This document shows positions 10,738-22,259 of a DNA stretch of 64,000 bases, one piece after another. The stretch is from Ascoidea asiatica JCM 7603 (taxonomy: Eukaryota; Fungi; Ascomycota). The stretch lies in NCBI GenBank assembly GCA_001600695.1, contig BCKQ01000017.1, forward strand, positions 96,609 through 160,608, given 5' to 3'. A program made the position numbers and the translations under genes. How positions within the stretch are numbered: the first letter of the stretch is position 1; the number at the start of each line of letters is the position of its first letter. The notes beneath the pieces were generated by a model that saw nothing but the letters and a program-made list of their open reading frames with translations, made no database searches and was not told where the DNA came from.

Positions 10738-12232
10738 ATTAATGAAGTTGTATTATTTAATCTTGAATTATTTTAATCATTCAAATTAAGAATATAATTT
10801 GATTTGAATTGAATTGAATTGAATTGATTGAGGTTTATTATTATTATTAGATTAAGAATATTGATTAAATCTTTTTAAGCGATTGATTGATTGATTGACC
10901 AGTGATTGATTAGTGATTGATTTGTTTATTATTGATTGATTGAGTGATTGATTTATGAGTGAATGATTTCTATTGAATATTGACTATATATTATTTTGAA
11001 TATTACAATATAACAATATTAGAATATAATAATAATATTATATATATCAGTTGAAATGAATAAAATCAGATTCTAACTTGAATATATTCTTAACGCTGAC
11101 TTTTAAAAAGAAGTAGTGAAAGAAAAGGAGTTAAAAAAGAAAGAGAACTAGAACTAGAAATGGAAATAGAAATAGAAATAGAAATAAAATAGACATAAAT
11201 TTAGAAATAAAGCTTTGAGAAATAGTGAATAATGAATAACGAATAATGAAATAAAGGACTGAAAAGTTTGAAATTGAGTTGTAGCGCTGTTAGTGCTAAC
11301 AGTACTATTAATAGTGGTGGGTGGTGGTGCTCCTAGCGCTGAGATGGAGAAGAGCTGAGGACGACGACGACGACGACGACGAAGAAGAAGAAGAAGAAGA
11401 AGCTACGTGAAATGAAACTGCACTCGAGAAGTTGCCAGGAATCGTAAATCAGCACACTGAGATCTAGGACGCAGACGTGGCGGTGCTGCGCCAAGGGGTG
11501 CGCCGCCCGCTGCAGCCCAAGCTGGCCACGCGACCTTTTCCCTGCCGCACAGCACCAAAGCGGAAGAAAAAAAGAAATGCGGAAACAAACAACAGAAAAA
11601 AACAGAAAGAAACAAAGCAGATCACTTGCCCGATACGGTTTATTTGTGGCAGTGCACACAATTTAAGGTTAAGCTTAGCGCTGCACCCGCGGGTCCACAA
11701 AACCTTAGTTTCCTCCTGAAATTGGCCCTGCTTGTTTGAGTCCCTCTGAATTCTGGGATCTTGGTTGGTTGTCTGCTGCTGGTCTTCCCAATCGGGCAAC
11801 TTCTAACAAGCTCCCTCTGAATGCAAACGTCGATCACACGCGTACTCTCCAAAAGCAAATATTTATTTATTTGTTATCAGATTTCAAACTGTAAACAAAA
11901 CAAAACAAACAAACAAGAAAAAAACAACTATTGAAATCCAGTCGCGTGGTTCAAAGTCTAAGTTTTGTCTTTTAGGAGATCCATGAAAATGGTCTCATTG
12001 TCTGCTATATAAAAAAAATATTTAGAGTTAATGTTACAAATAATAAATAAAGAAAGGTTATAAAGAAAAGATATGGATGAATATAAAAATATGAAGAGAG
12101 AATTATGATTAACAACAACAATGAATATAAGAAAGGATAAAAATATAAAAGCAGATTTAGAAAGAATAAAAAGAATTGAATATAAAAATAAAAACGGTTA
12201 AAGGTTAATGGTTATTATTGACTGGTTTCATA

Positions 12233-15200
12233 TCATATAACATTTTTGATTTCTTCTTCTTCTTCTTCATCTTCATTTAATTCTTGTAAATCAAATTCAT
12301 TATTAATTCTATTAAATTCATTTTCTTCATTTTTATCTTCAATTAAATATTCTGCATTCAAATTTTTTCTATAATGTTCATTAATAATTTTATGAGTTTT
12401 TAAATAATGTAATAATATTTCTTCCTTTTCTTTTAGTAATATTAAAAAATATTCTTCTTTGATATAGCTATCAAAATTTATATATTTATTACCTTTATAA
12501 TCATAATCAAATTCTTTAAATTCTCCATTAATTTCATCATTTTCATTAAATTTTATTTTTCTTGAAATCATTTCAATTTTTTGAAAATTTCTATCAATTT
12601 CCATTCCAATTTTCTCAATTAAACTCTTTTCCTCATCTTTATTCATAATACTTTCATTTTCATTTTCATTTTCATTTTCATTATTTAATTTTAAATTTTT
12701 TAAATTATTTTTATAAAAATCTTTTAAAATTTCTTTAAATTTATCAATTTCAATCCATTCTCCAATTCTTTTAAAATATATAATTATTCGTACTTTTTTG
12801 GAAACTTTTGTTGGATCATGAATATTACGAAAAATTATATTCTTATTAAATATTGGTTTTAATGATTTATATCCATATTCATTAATTAAAATTCTTTTAA
12901 AATCTTTTGGTATATATCCTTCTTCATATCCATATTTATTTTCTAAAAATCTTAATGGTATTAAATCTTCATATTTTATAAAATGATTATTACGACAATT
13001 AAATATTTTTAATTCTGAATTATCTTTTAATCTTTTAAAAATATTTTCTCCATTTCCTTTATCTTTAAAAATATTTAATAAATTTTTATATTCTTCATCA
13101 TTTCCATTTTCATCTTCTTTGTAATTTAATTTTAAATCTAAATTATTATTTCCATTTTTATCTAAAAATCTTCTTGGTTTCTCAGTATTTGAAAAACTTA
13201 ATCCAGTTATATCAATATACATACCATTTTTAACATCAATAAATCTTGCATCAATTCTATTTTTACCAGAATCTTTTTCTCTACTAAAAATATCAAAATT
13301 ACAATCTAAATAATATTCTCCAATTCTATCTTTTTCATTTTTATTATCTAATTCTTCAATTATTAAACTATTATTATAATTTAAACATAAAAAATTTAAT
13401 TCTCTTATTGACATTTGTAAATCTAAATCTCTATCCCATGGAAATATATTACTATTAAAATACCATGATAATAATGTACCATGACTTAACCAACTTTTAA
13501 CTTTAATAGATTCAGTAAATTTAAAAAAATTTTTTAATAAATTTTTTAAAATAATTTTTTTAAATTTTTCTTCTTTAATACCTTGAAAAAATCTCCAATC
13601 ATAATGTGATCCATCTTTTTTAATTACATTACATTCATAAAAATATTTTTTATTAAATTTATTATCATTTGAATAATTTTTTATCCAATTTTTTAAACTT
13701 TTAAAATAATTAATTTGATTTAAAGTTAATAAATTTAAATCTAAATTATTAAAAATTTTATAAACATTTGTATAATTAAAATAAAAATTATCAATTGATA
13801 AATAATTTTCATTTTTTTTTAAATTTAATTTATCTTTTAATTTATCATCAATTGGATTATTTAATTCATCTCTTAAGAAATATTTATATAATTCAAAATT
13901 ATTTGAATTTATTTCATTTATTATTAAGTTTTTTTCTTTTATTAAATTTATGATCTCTTCTTCTTCTTTATTTAAATCAATTTCAATTTCTTCAATTTCT
14001 TTTTCTTCATTATTTTTGTTATTATTAAATGAAAAAATTTGATTGAAAAATTCAACATTTTCAAATAATCTTTCACTTTTTACAGGAGTATTGAATACTT
14101 TATTCTTAATTTCAATTTGATTTTCATTATCCATTTCATTATCACTATTGATATTTTCAATTTTATTTAAATTAATTTCAAATTTTTTTAAAATATTATC
14201 ATTTGTTAAAAAAACCAATTTAAATGGTTTTGCATTATAACCATTAATATTATTATAATTATAAAGAAAAGATTTTCCATAAAAAATTCTTTTTTCAATA
14301 GATAATTTTTTAATAATTGGATTAATTATATTTAAACTTATAAAAGGTTGTAATTTGAAATCATTATTACTGTTGGATAATGGATTGAATTTGAATTGAT
14401 TGAATTCAATACAATTATTATTAGTATTTTCTCTGATTAATTGTATATCATTTGGTGAAAATTCATTATTTATATTTATATCATTACTTATGAAATTATT
14501 GATTTCATTTAATAAATTTTGATCGAAATTAATTAAATTTTCATTATCAATATCAGAACATGAAGAATATGAATTAAATAATTGTAATAATTTAATTTGA
14601 TCTCTTTGATTAATTGAATTATTATAAGATTTTATGAAAAAATTGATGAAATTTATATAATTATTTAAAATTGATAAATTTGTAAAATCATACCAACTAA
14701 AAGGTAAATAAATATTATTTATATTAAAATTTTCAATTTCTTTATTATTGATTAATAAAATTTTTATATAATTTAAATATATTGATAAAGTTAATTTATA
14801 ATTAAAATTTGAATTTAAAGAAAAATTTGAATTTTTTTTAAGATAATTTTTTAATAAATTTATTGATAAATTTATTGATAAATTTTTATTTGAAATTGAA
14901 TTTTTTTTTATAAATTCAATATTTTTATTAGAATTTATTAAAATATTTAATTTTTCATTCCATGATAATGGACAATCAGGTTTAAAGATTGAATAGAAAT
15001 CTAATTTTTTTAATTTTATTAAATTACTTTCATTATTTTCATCATTATTATCTTTTATTGGATCATTGATGATTTGATTATTGATTATTGGATCATCTTT
15101 TAAAATCTTATTTATATTATCATTTATATCTATAGCAATTTTAGGAGTTTGAATATTATAAATTAAAAATAATAATAGAATTGAAGCATAAATTGAAAGT

Positions 15201-15238
15201 TTTATTATTTTATTCTTTCGAAAGAAATGTAAAACCAT
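12233..15238 (-). CDS. Mnn4-like LicD-family protein (paralog B, tandem duplicate)
   Basis: Same motif order as paralog A: LPFSWYDF, GSHYDWRFF, WLSHGTLLSWY..FPWDRDLDLQ, NRIDARFIDV, NCRNNHF. Confidence 0.88.
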   Translation of the reverse strand: MVLHFFRKNKIIKLSIYASILLLFLIYNIQTPKIAIDINDNINKILKDDPIINNQIINDPIKDNNDENNESNLIKLKKLDFYSIFKPDCPLSWNEKLNILINSNKNIEFIKKNSISNKNLSINLSINLLKNYLKKNSNFSLNSNFNYKLTLSIYLNYIKILLINNKEIENFNINNIYLPFSWYDFTNLSILNNYINFINFFIKSYNNSINQRDQIKLLQLFNSYSSCSDIDNENLINFDQNLLNEINNFISNDININNEFSPNDIQLIRENTNNNCIEFNQFKFNPLSNSNNDFKLQPFISLNIINPIIKKLSIEKRIFYGKSFLYNYNNINGYNAKPFKLVFLTNDNILKKFEINLNKIENINSDNEMDNENQIEIKNKVFNTPVKSERLFENVEFFNQIFSFNNNKNNEEKEIEEIEIDLNKEEEEIINLIKEKNLIINEINSNNFELYKYFLRDELNNPIDDKLKDKLNLKKNENYLSIDNFYFNYTNVYKIFNNLDLNLLTLNQINYFKSLKNWIKNYSNDNKFNKKYFYECNVIKKDGSHYDWRFFQGIKEEKFKKIILKNLLKNFFKFTESIKVKSWLSHGTLLSWYFNSNIFPWDRDLDLQMSIRELNFLCLNYNNSLIIEELDNKNEKDRIGEYYLDCNFDIFSREKDSGKNRIDARFIDVKNGMYIDITGLSFSNTEKPRRFLDKNGNNNLDLKLNYKEDENGNDEEYKNLLNIFKDKGNGENIFKRLKDNSELKIFNCRNNHFIKYEDLIPLRFLENKYGYEEGYIPKDFKRILINEYGYKSLKPIFNKNIIFRNIHDPTKVSKKVRIIIYFKRIGEWIEIDKFKEILKDFYKNNLKNLKLNNENENENENESIMNKDEEKSLIEKIGMEIDRNFQKIEMISRKIKFNENDEINGEFKEFDYDYKGNKYINFDSYIKEEYFLILLKEKEEILLHYLKTHKIINEHYRKNLNAEYLIEDKNEENEFNRINNEFDLQELNEDEEEEEEIKNVI

Positions 15239-16572
15239 TTTTGTAGAGATGATTTCTGGAAATATATAGCAAATTCAATAAAACAACATTAACTAACATA
15301 AGTAACATAAATTAAAAGAATATAAAAGCAAAAAGAGAAAAGATAATATATATGAAAAGCTGTGAAAGTTTTCAATAGTTTTCAATAGTTTTCAATTAGT
15401 TTGAATTGAGTTGAATTAAATAGAGATAAATCCAAAGATATTTTTATAAAAGAATTGAAGAGGTATGTAAAGAAATAGTAGTGAAAATAGTGAATTGCTA
15501 CGTATTTTTATATCTCGGTTACTTCTATTTATCACTATTGTTGGTTAAATACTGCCATTGGTAAGTGAGTAGATGGCGCAAGTGAATTGGGGCTAGCAAC
15601 CGAGCGTGGAGTCTAGACTCTCTGCAGATCGGTCGGGGTCTGGCTCGAGGGGCGTGAGAGGTCTGGGGTCGGAGGGCAGCTAGCAATAAACCAGCGCACT
15701 TAGCGAAGCCAAAGCCGGTGGGGACACCTCCTCATCGGACCGATGTCCACCGGAAAATAACCATATCGGATAAAAGATATATATACGAACCACATACGGG
15801 TTTGGTCTGTGCCAAGACAGCAAAAAAACGCAGGAAAGCTTGTCTGCAAAACCCGCAAATGCAAGTTGACTTGCTAACATTTATATTGTACATGGTTATG
15901 CTGTTAAAGGTATATCACCATACCAGTGGATCTAATGATAAAATATATTCCGATTACTATTTACGAAGTAGGAAACAGCTGGTCGGAATAGAAAGCTCAC
16001 CGTTGAATGTTCACAGAGACATCCGGTTATGAAACGCACAACCACTCGCGGTGGCAACTCCAAGATCTGGGTTAGAGCCCTAACATGGTTGATTTGTGGC
16101 GTAGCTTGTAAAAATGATTTTAGCCTTACGAGATTCGGAGTGAGAATTTCATTCAGAGAAGACAAAAGAGAAAAGAGACGGAGAAAAGAGCGATATAATA
16201 CTAAGAGTACTAATAATACTAAGCACCATTAAAAGCACTAAGCATTAACAGTGTAGATGCTATCAAAACGATCGTTAAAGATTAGACCTATTTGCCCCAG
16301 ATTGAGCAGATTAATAATATTAGGTATATCTATTAAGTATTTTTATATACAGCATGCAATTGCAATTTTACAAATAACCTCAAAACTTATCCTTCACATA
16401 TTTATTTAATCCTTTAGCCATTCTGATTATATTCTTATTAAACCTGTTAAACCTGATTATATTTTGTTTATATTCTTTTTACTGTTTTTGAATTGCAATA
16501 TTTAATCTTATAAACTTCTCTTTTTACTCTTTAATTTCTCCTAAATTAATAACTTTCAATAATTAATCTTCA

Positions 16573-18396
16573 ATGAATAGTAAATACTCAAGTATCAGTC
16601 AAGAACCTGATGTAAAACAAAATTATTTACCTTATTATAATGAACAAAATAATATCTCAAATTTAAATCATTCAAAAATAATTAAATCTTCTTCAAAATA
16701 TACAAGATTTATATTTTATATATTTTATTTTATTATTTGTTTATTTATTTATAGTATATATAATTCAAATCAAATTTTAAAACAAAATAATATTCAAATT
16801 CAAATTCAAAATCAAAATCAAAATCAAAATCAAAATCAAAACTTATTCTCAATTAATAATTCTACTCCAAAAAGAAATGTTATATTCATGGTTTCTGATG
16901 GTATGGGTCCAGCTTCTTTATCTTTAGCTAGATCTTTTAAACAATTTCGTGATAATTTATCAATTGATGATATTTTATTAATTGAAAGACATTTAATTGG
17001 TGCTTCAAGAACAAGATCGAATAATTCTTTAGTTACTGATTCTGCTGCAGGTGCTGATGCTTTTTCTTGTGCTTTAAAATCTTATAATGGTGCAATTGGT
17101 GTTGATCCATTTAAAAATCCATGTGGTACTGTATTAGAAGCTGCAAAATTAAAAGGTTATTCAACTGCTTTAGTTGTAAAAACTTTAATTGAAGATGCAA
17201 CTCCTGCTGCTTTTGCTTCTCATGTAGATTATCGTTTTCAAGAAGATCAAATTGCTGATCAATTCTTAGGTAATTATCCTCTTGGTAGAACTGTTGATTT
17301 ATTAATGGGTGGTGGTAGATCTCATTTTTATAATTCAAATGATAATAAATATGGTAATAATGGTTGTAGACAAGATAATAGAAATTTAATTGATGAAGCA
17401 ATTAATGATGGTTGGTCTTATGTTGGTGATAGATCTTCTTTTGATGATTTAAATTTAGGTAAAAATGTATCTTTTCCATTATTATCTTTATTAGCTGATT
17501 ATAATATACCTTATGATATTGATAGAAATTCTACAATTTATCCTTCTTTAGCTGAAGAAGCTTTAACTGCTTTAAATGCTTTATCTGAAAAAACTAAAGA
17601 TTCTGAAAAGGGTTTTTTCATAATGATTGAAGGTTCAAGAATTGATCATGCTGGTCATGATAATGATCCTTCTGCTCAAGTTAGAGAAGTTTTAGGTTAT
17701 GATGATACTTTTAAAATTGTTAAAGAATTTGCTGATAATTCTGATGTTGAAACTATTATTATAAGTACTTCGGATCATGAAACTGGTGGTTTAGTAACTG
17801 CAAGACAATTAACTCCTTCATATCCTGATTATTTATGGTATCCTGAAGTTTTATTAAATGCTTCTCATTCTGGTGAATATACTTCAAATCATTTAAAAGA
17901 AGGTGCAAAATCCCTTGAATCTAAATTTTCTCAAGATTCTCAAGATTCTCAAGATTCTCAAGATTCTCAAGCATCTCAAGATTCGAAAACTGATGCTTTA
18001 AAAAAATTTGTAATGAGTAAAATTATTGAAGGTGATTTAGGTATTACTGATATTACTTCAAATGAACTTCAACAATTAATTGAAAATAAAGATAATTCAA
18101 AATATATTTTAAATGATATTGTTTCAAGAAGATCTCAAACTGGTTGGACAACTCATGGTCATTCTGCTGTTGATGTGAATATTTATGGTTATTCAAATAC
18201 TGAAAATGGTATGAATTTAATTCATAAAAATTTAGGTGGTAACCGTGAAAATATAGAAATTGGTAAATTTCTTGCTTCTGTATTAGATGTTGATCTTTCT
18301 GAAGTTACTAAATTACTCAAAGATACAATTCATGCTCCTAATTCAAAAGCTTTTATTGATAAATCTGATATCCATCAAAATGCAATCTCAATTTAA
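16573..18396 (+). CDS. PHO8: Repressible (vacuolar-type) alkaline phosphatase
   Basis: Cytosolic N-tail + type II TM; NVIFMVSDGMGP, VTDSAAG (catalytic Ser), DATPAAF, IEGSRIDHAGH, TSDHETGG, GHSAVDV. Confidence 0.95.
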   Translation: MNSKYSSISQEPDVKQNYLPYYNEQNNISNLNHSKIIKSSSKYTRFIFYIFYFIICLFIYSIYNSNQILKQNNIQIQIQNQNQNQNQNQNLFSINNSTPKRNVIFMVSDGMGPASLSLARSFKQFRDNLSIDDILLIERHLIGASRTRSNNSLVTDSAAGADAFSCALKSYNGAIGVDPFKNPCGTVLEAAKLKGYSTALVVKTLIEDATPAAFASHVDYRFQEDQIADQFLGNYPLGRTVDLLMGGGRSHFYNSNDNKYGNNGCRQDNRNLIDEAINDGWSYVGDRSSFDDLNLGKNVSFPLLSLLADYNIPYDIDRNSTIYPSLAEEALTALNALSEKTKDSEKGFFIMIEGSRIDHAGHDNDPSAQVREVLGYDDTFKIVKEFADNSDVETIIISTSDHETGGLVTARQLTPSYPDYLWYPEVLLNASHSGEYTSNHLKEGAKSLESKFSQDSQDSQDSQDSQASQDSKTDALKKFVMSKIIEGDLGITDITSNELQQLIENKDNSKYILNDIVSRRSQTGWTTHGHSAVDVNIYGYSNTENGMNLIHKNLGGNRENIEIGKFLASVLDVDLSEVTKLLKDTIHAPNSKAFIDKSDIHQNAISI

Positions 18397-18706
18397 TTCT
18401 CTCCACTCATCTAAACAAAATTTATTTATTTTGTTTCTTATTTATTTTTTTTTTTCTTTTTTTGGTTAGGTAATTTTTTTTATATGTTCTCTCAAACTTT
18501 TATTCATTTTTCAATTCATCTTTTATTCAAAATCTTTAATTGAATTTATAACTTCATATACATATTGTATCTATTTATTTAATTATTTACTTATTAACTA
18601 TTTAAATATACAAAATATAAAACATTTGGTTAATTATTCTAATACTGTAAAGCTAAATATAAATGCAATAGAAGACCCAAAAAATTGGTTTCAAAATAAA
18701 GTTATA

Positions 18707-18713
18707 TCACGTG
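18707..18713. promoter_or_regulatory. TCACGTG (Cbf1-type) upstream of RPA34
   Basis: Exact motif about 180 bp upstream of the ATG. Confidence 0.5.
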
Positions 18714-18893
18714 CTTATCACCAAAATCTTGAAAAAAAATTGGAAAAAAAAAAAAATATTGAAATTTCATTTGTATGGGAAAGTGAGAAAGTGAAAGTTT
18801 ATTGGAAAGAATAAAAAAAAAAAATTTGTAAGTTTGTGAATTGTGTAAATTGTTTAAATCGAAGAAAAAAGAGTTGAATTTAAATGGAACCAA

Positions 18894-19784
18894 ATGGCTG
18901 TGAGAAACCCTATTAGTATTTCCAAAGAACATATATCTGATTCTGATTCTGATTTGGATTCCGAAGAGGAATTTGGAACTTATGTGCCTAAGGAATATAG
19001 TCAAATTAAAAATTTCAAAACAATAGATAGTTCAGATTTAAATAATAAAGAAGTTTGGTTGATAAAAACTCCTAAAAATTTTTCATTCAAAGGTATTCAA
19101 GAATTACCTATTAATTTTAATCATGATCAGTCTTCTTTGACGATAAATGAAAAACCTTATACTATAAAAGAAGATCTTTTACAGGAACATAAAAAATTAG
19201 ATGGACCAAATTTAACTTCAAAATATAAATTATTAGCAGCTCCAAAAGATGATGGTATTTTAAGATTACAACCTGATTTGAAAATCAATAGATTCTTTAC
19301 TGTTTCAGAAAAAGTAATAATTCCAAAGATTAATTATAATAAAATAGTGAAACCTAGAAAAGATGTAAGAAAAGTTAAAGATTTAAGATTAAGAAATTTT
19401 CCAACAGGATATGATTTCAAAGATTATTTGGAAAGTACAAAATCAATAAGCATAGATGATTTAGTTCCCAAAAATGCTGATAATCAATCAGATATAGATT
19501 CTGATTTAGATATGTTGGATGGATTAGATTCTAATGTTTCTAAAGAAAAATCACTTGGAAAAACTAATACATTGATATCATCTATATCGAATAGTGAAAA
19601 TCTTGAAATCAAAGAGAAGAAACATAAAGATAAAAAACATAAAGATAAAAAGCATAAGCATAAAAAAGATAAAACAGATAAAAAGGATAAAAAAGAAAAG
19701 AAGGATAAAAAAGATAAAAAGGACAGAAAAGATAAAAAAGAAAAAGAGAAATTGATTAAAATCAAAAGTGAAGCAAGAAATTAA
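18894..19784 (+). CDS. RPA34: RNA polymerase I subunit A34.5
   Basis: SKEHISDSDSD, KEVWLIKTP, IPKINYNKIVKPRKDVRKV..LRLRNFPTGY, Lys-rich KKDK tail. Confidence 0.9.
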   Translation: MAVRNPISISKEHISDSDSDLDSEEEFGTYVPKEYSQIKNFKTIDSSDLNNKEVWLIKTPKNFSFKGIQELPINFNHDQSSLTINEKPYTIKEDLLQEHKKLDGPNLTSKYKLLAAPKDDGILRLQPDLKINRFFTVSEKVIIPKINYNKIVKPRKDVRKVKDLRLRNFPTGYDFKDYLESTKSISIDDLVPKNADNQSDIDSDLDMLDGLDSNVSKEKSLGKTNTLISSISNSENLEIKEKKHKDKKHKDKKHKHKKDKTDKKDKKEKKDKKDKKDRKDKKEKEKLIKIKSEARN

Positions 19785-20050
19785 ATAGATATGATAATTT
19801 CTGTTATGATTTTTTAGTTTTGTAATAATATATTTTTAAAATTAAGTTAATTCTCAATACAAAAAACGAGCTTGAATTAAACTACAGTTATTTTAATTTA
19901 TCAGTGAATTTGAATAAATACAAAGTAATAAGAAATTGTTGACAAAAAAAAATACTTTATTTGAATATATAAAAAACTAAGATAAAAATATATAAAAAAA
20001 TTAAATAGTATGAATTTTTTTTGGAAGAGTTATAAAATTTATCTTAAAAT

Positions 20051-21742
20051 TTATTTCTTTTTACCTTTATTTTTATTTTTATTATTATTATAATTATTTT
20101 GATTTGAAGTTGATTGATTTGTTTCTTCAGTAAGTTTATCAGTATTAGCTATAACATCTTGAACTTGATAATTTTTAATTGTATTTCTAATAAACCAATC
20201 AGAAAATTTTCTTGCAATTTTTAATTCAATAATAGTTATTAAATTATCATTATTTAAATTAATATCAAAATCTTGAACATTAGAAATTGAACCATCTAAT
20301 AAATTAATTTCAGAAGAATCAATAATTTTATTTGAATCATTTTCATCCCATTTAACTTGTCTATTATTTAATTTAAAAGAAAGTAAAGTTGATCGTAAAT
20401 CATCTAAATTATTAATTTTAATTTCTTCATCAGAATTTAAAAAAGTTAATAATTTATTTAAATCCATTGTTGAATATAAACTTAAATAAGCTTTTAATAC
20501 AGAACTATAAATTGAATTTTTAATTTTAATCATAAAAACTCTTAAATGTAAATTTACAGCATCAACGTTTAATTCAGGATGATCAAAACTTGGTAAAGAA
20601 ATTGAGATAAATCTTGGAAAACCAAATTTGAATAATTCTTCATAAACAGTAATAGTTTTATCAAAATCAGAATTTTTATTAATTTGAGATAATTGTTCAC
20701 CATATTTTTGTTTAATATGTTGATGTAAAGAATCATCAATTCTTGAAGGAGATAAACCAATACATATAGTTAAAAGTGCATACATTTGTTCAGATCTTCT
20801 TGTAATTGAATCATATTGACCAGATTTATTAATATTTTTTGTTCTTGAAATAAATAATAAAATATGAGAAAAAATTCTTGAAGCATCAGAATATCTATGC
20901 ATCATAAGATAACAACAACCAACATAATAATAAGTTGTGAAATGACAACCAGGTATTCTTGTTAAAAATGCTTTTTTATTTAATTCAATATCTTCCATAG
21001 TTTTAAGAGCTAAAGTAAAATCACCTAAAACAGTATGAATTCTTAATAAACCAATAATTGAAAAATAACCTAAATTTTTATATAAAGGTAAAATACCATA
21101 ATCACCAGCAATTTCATTAATTTTTTGTTGAGATTGATTTTGTCTTTGAGCTTGTAATTGTTCTTTAATTTTTGAACGACCAATTAATGAATAAAGAGCA
21201 TTTAAAACAGAATATGCACTCCAAATTTCCGGATGTTCTTGTAAATAATTTAGTTGAGCAATATCTTGATCATTCATTTTATTTTTATAAGTTAATTTTG
21301 ATCTATAAACAGTAAATTGAATAAATTGATAAATAAATTCATCAATTATTTCCCAAAGCCATTTATTTGGTAATTCAAAAGTTACAGGACCTCCTTCATT
21401 ATTTAAGATAAGATTAAATAAATTACAATAATTACTATATGAATCACATCTTTGTTGTAAAGAAGGGGATAATTTTGCATAAATATGTCTATAATAAACT
21501 TCGGAATACAATACAAGAAATACTTGATCATTATTAACTAAAGGAGCTACATCTTTTATAGGATCTGGCCAAGTAGTTGATTTATAGAATTTTTCAGTTA
21601 ATTTATTAAAAGTATTTTCATAACAGCCATGAAGTTCATAAACATTATCATCTAAATAACATTTATAAAAATATTGAATGAATTCCTTAACAACATCAGG
21701 AATTGTAGAAGAAGAAGTAGAAGAAGAAGAAGATTGATCCAT
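20051..21742 (-). CDS. EIF3L: Translation initiation factor eIF3 subunit L
   Basis: YENTFNKLTEKFY, LYSEVYYRHIYA, LPNKWLWEIIDEFIYQF, LGYFSIIGLLRIH..LGDF..AL, C-terminal PCI region. Confidence 0.93.
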   Translation of the reverse strand: MDQSSSSSTSSSTIPDVVKEFIQYFYKCYLDDNVYELHGCYENTFNKLTEKFYKSTTWPDPIKDVAPLVNNDQVFLVLYSEVYYRHIYAKLSPSLQQRCDSYSNYCNLFNLILNNEGGPVTFELPNKWLWEIIDEFIYQFIQFTVYRSKLTYKNKMNDQDIAQLNYLQEHPEIWSAYSVLNALYSLIGRSKIKEQLQAQRQNQSQQKINEIAGDYGILPLYKNLGYFSIIGLLRIHTVLGDFTLALKTMEDIELNKKAFLTRIPGCHFTTYYYVGCCYLMMHRYSDASRIFSHILLFISRTKNINKSGQYDSITRRSEQMYALLTICIGLSPSRIDDSLHQHIKQKYGEQLSQINKNSDFDKTITVYEELFKFGFPRFISISLPSFDHPELNVDAVNLHLRVFMIKIKNSIYSSVLKAYLSLYSTMDLNKLLTFLNSDEEIKINNLDDLRSTLLSFKLNNRQVKWDENDSNKIIDSSEINLLDGSISNVQDFDINLNNDNLITIIELKIARKFSDWFIRNTIKNYQVQDVIANTDKLTEETNQSTSNQNNYNNNKNKNKGKKK

Positions 21743-21947
21743 TTTGAAGTAACTAATACTGAATAGATAACACTAATTGGAATTTGATCTTAGATGAAAT
21801 TGAACAGAATATATTCTTCCTCAAACAGTTCTTTATCGAAATAATTGATATTATTCTTTCTACAGTAGTTCAATTACTGATTTTGATTTATTATTTTTGT
21901 TTTACCTCTTGTTTTACTTCTACTTTTCCTTTGGTGGTCGAGTGAAT

Positions 21948-22059
21948 AAATTTTTCACTCTTCACAACTCTCACTTGGACAAATACGCACGGGCTCGCTG
22001 TGAGAAAGTGAAAGAGGCTGGAGAGCAAGGCTGGAAAGTGAAAAAAAATAGATCACGTG
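21948..22059 (-). promoter_or_regulatory. eIF3L promoter: RRPE-like TGAAAAATTT (21957-21948) plus TCACGTG (22053-22059)
   Basis: Motifs seen directly; RRPE is typical of ribosome-biogenesis and translation genes. Confidence 0.5.
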
Positions 22060-22259
22060 TGTATATGTGGCTAATGATATATTTTTTCATTTTCATTCAT
22101 TTTCCAACTCGTGCAGAGGAAAATAGAGAAAGAAAGGTGTAACTGTAAATTTGTAAATAGAGTGAATATTGTATATTTATTGTATCTTTTGTATTTATTG
22201 AAAGCTATGTAAAAGAATGATTATAAACTTAAATAATAAATACTAAGAACTAAGAATAA

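Noticed and set aside
11333-11858. Five overlapping ORFs in a GC island (likewise 15680-16232, 24970-25405, 42742-43121, 51573-52035, 62446-62949)
   Set aside because: Stop codons are depleted by high GC; the ORFs occur on both strands, mostly with non-ATG starts and no homology motifs.
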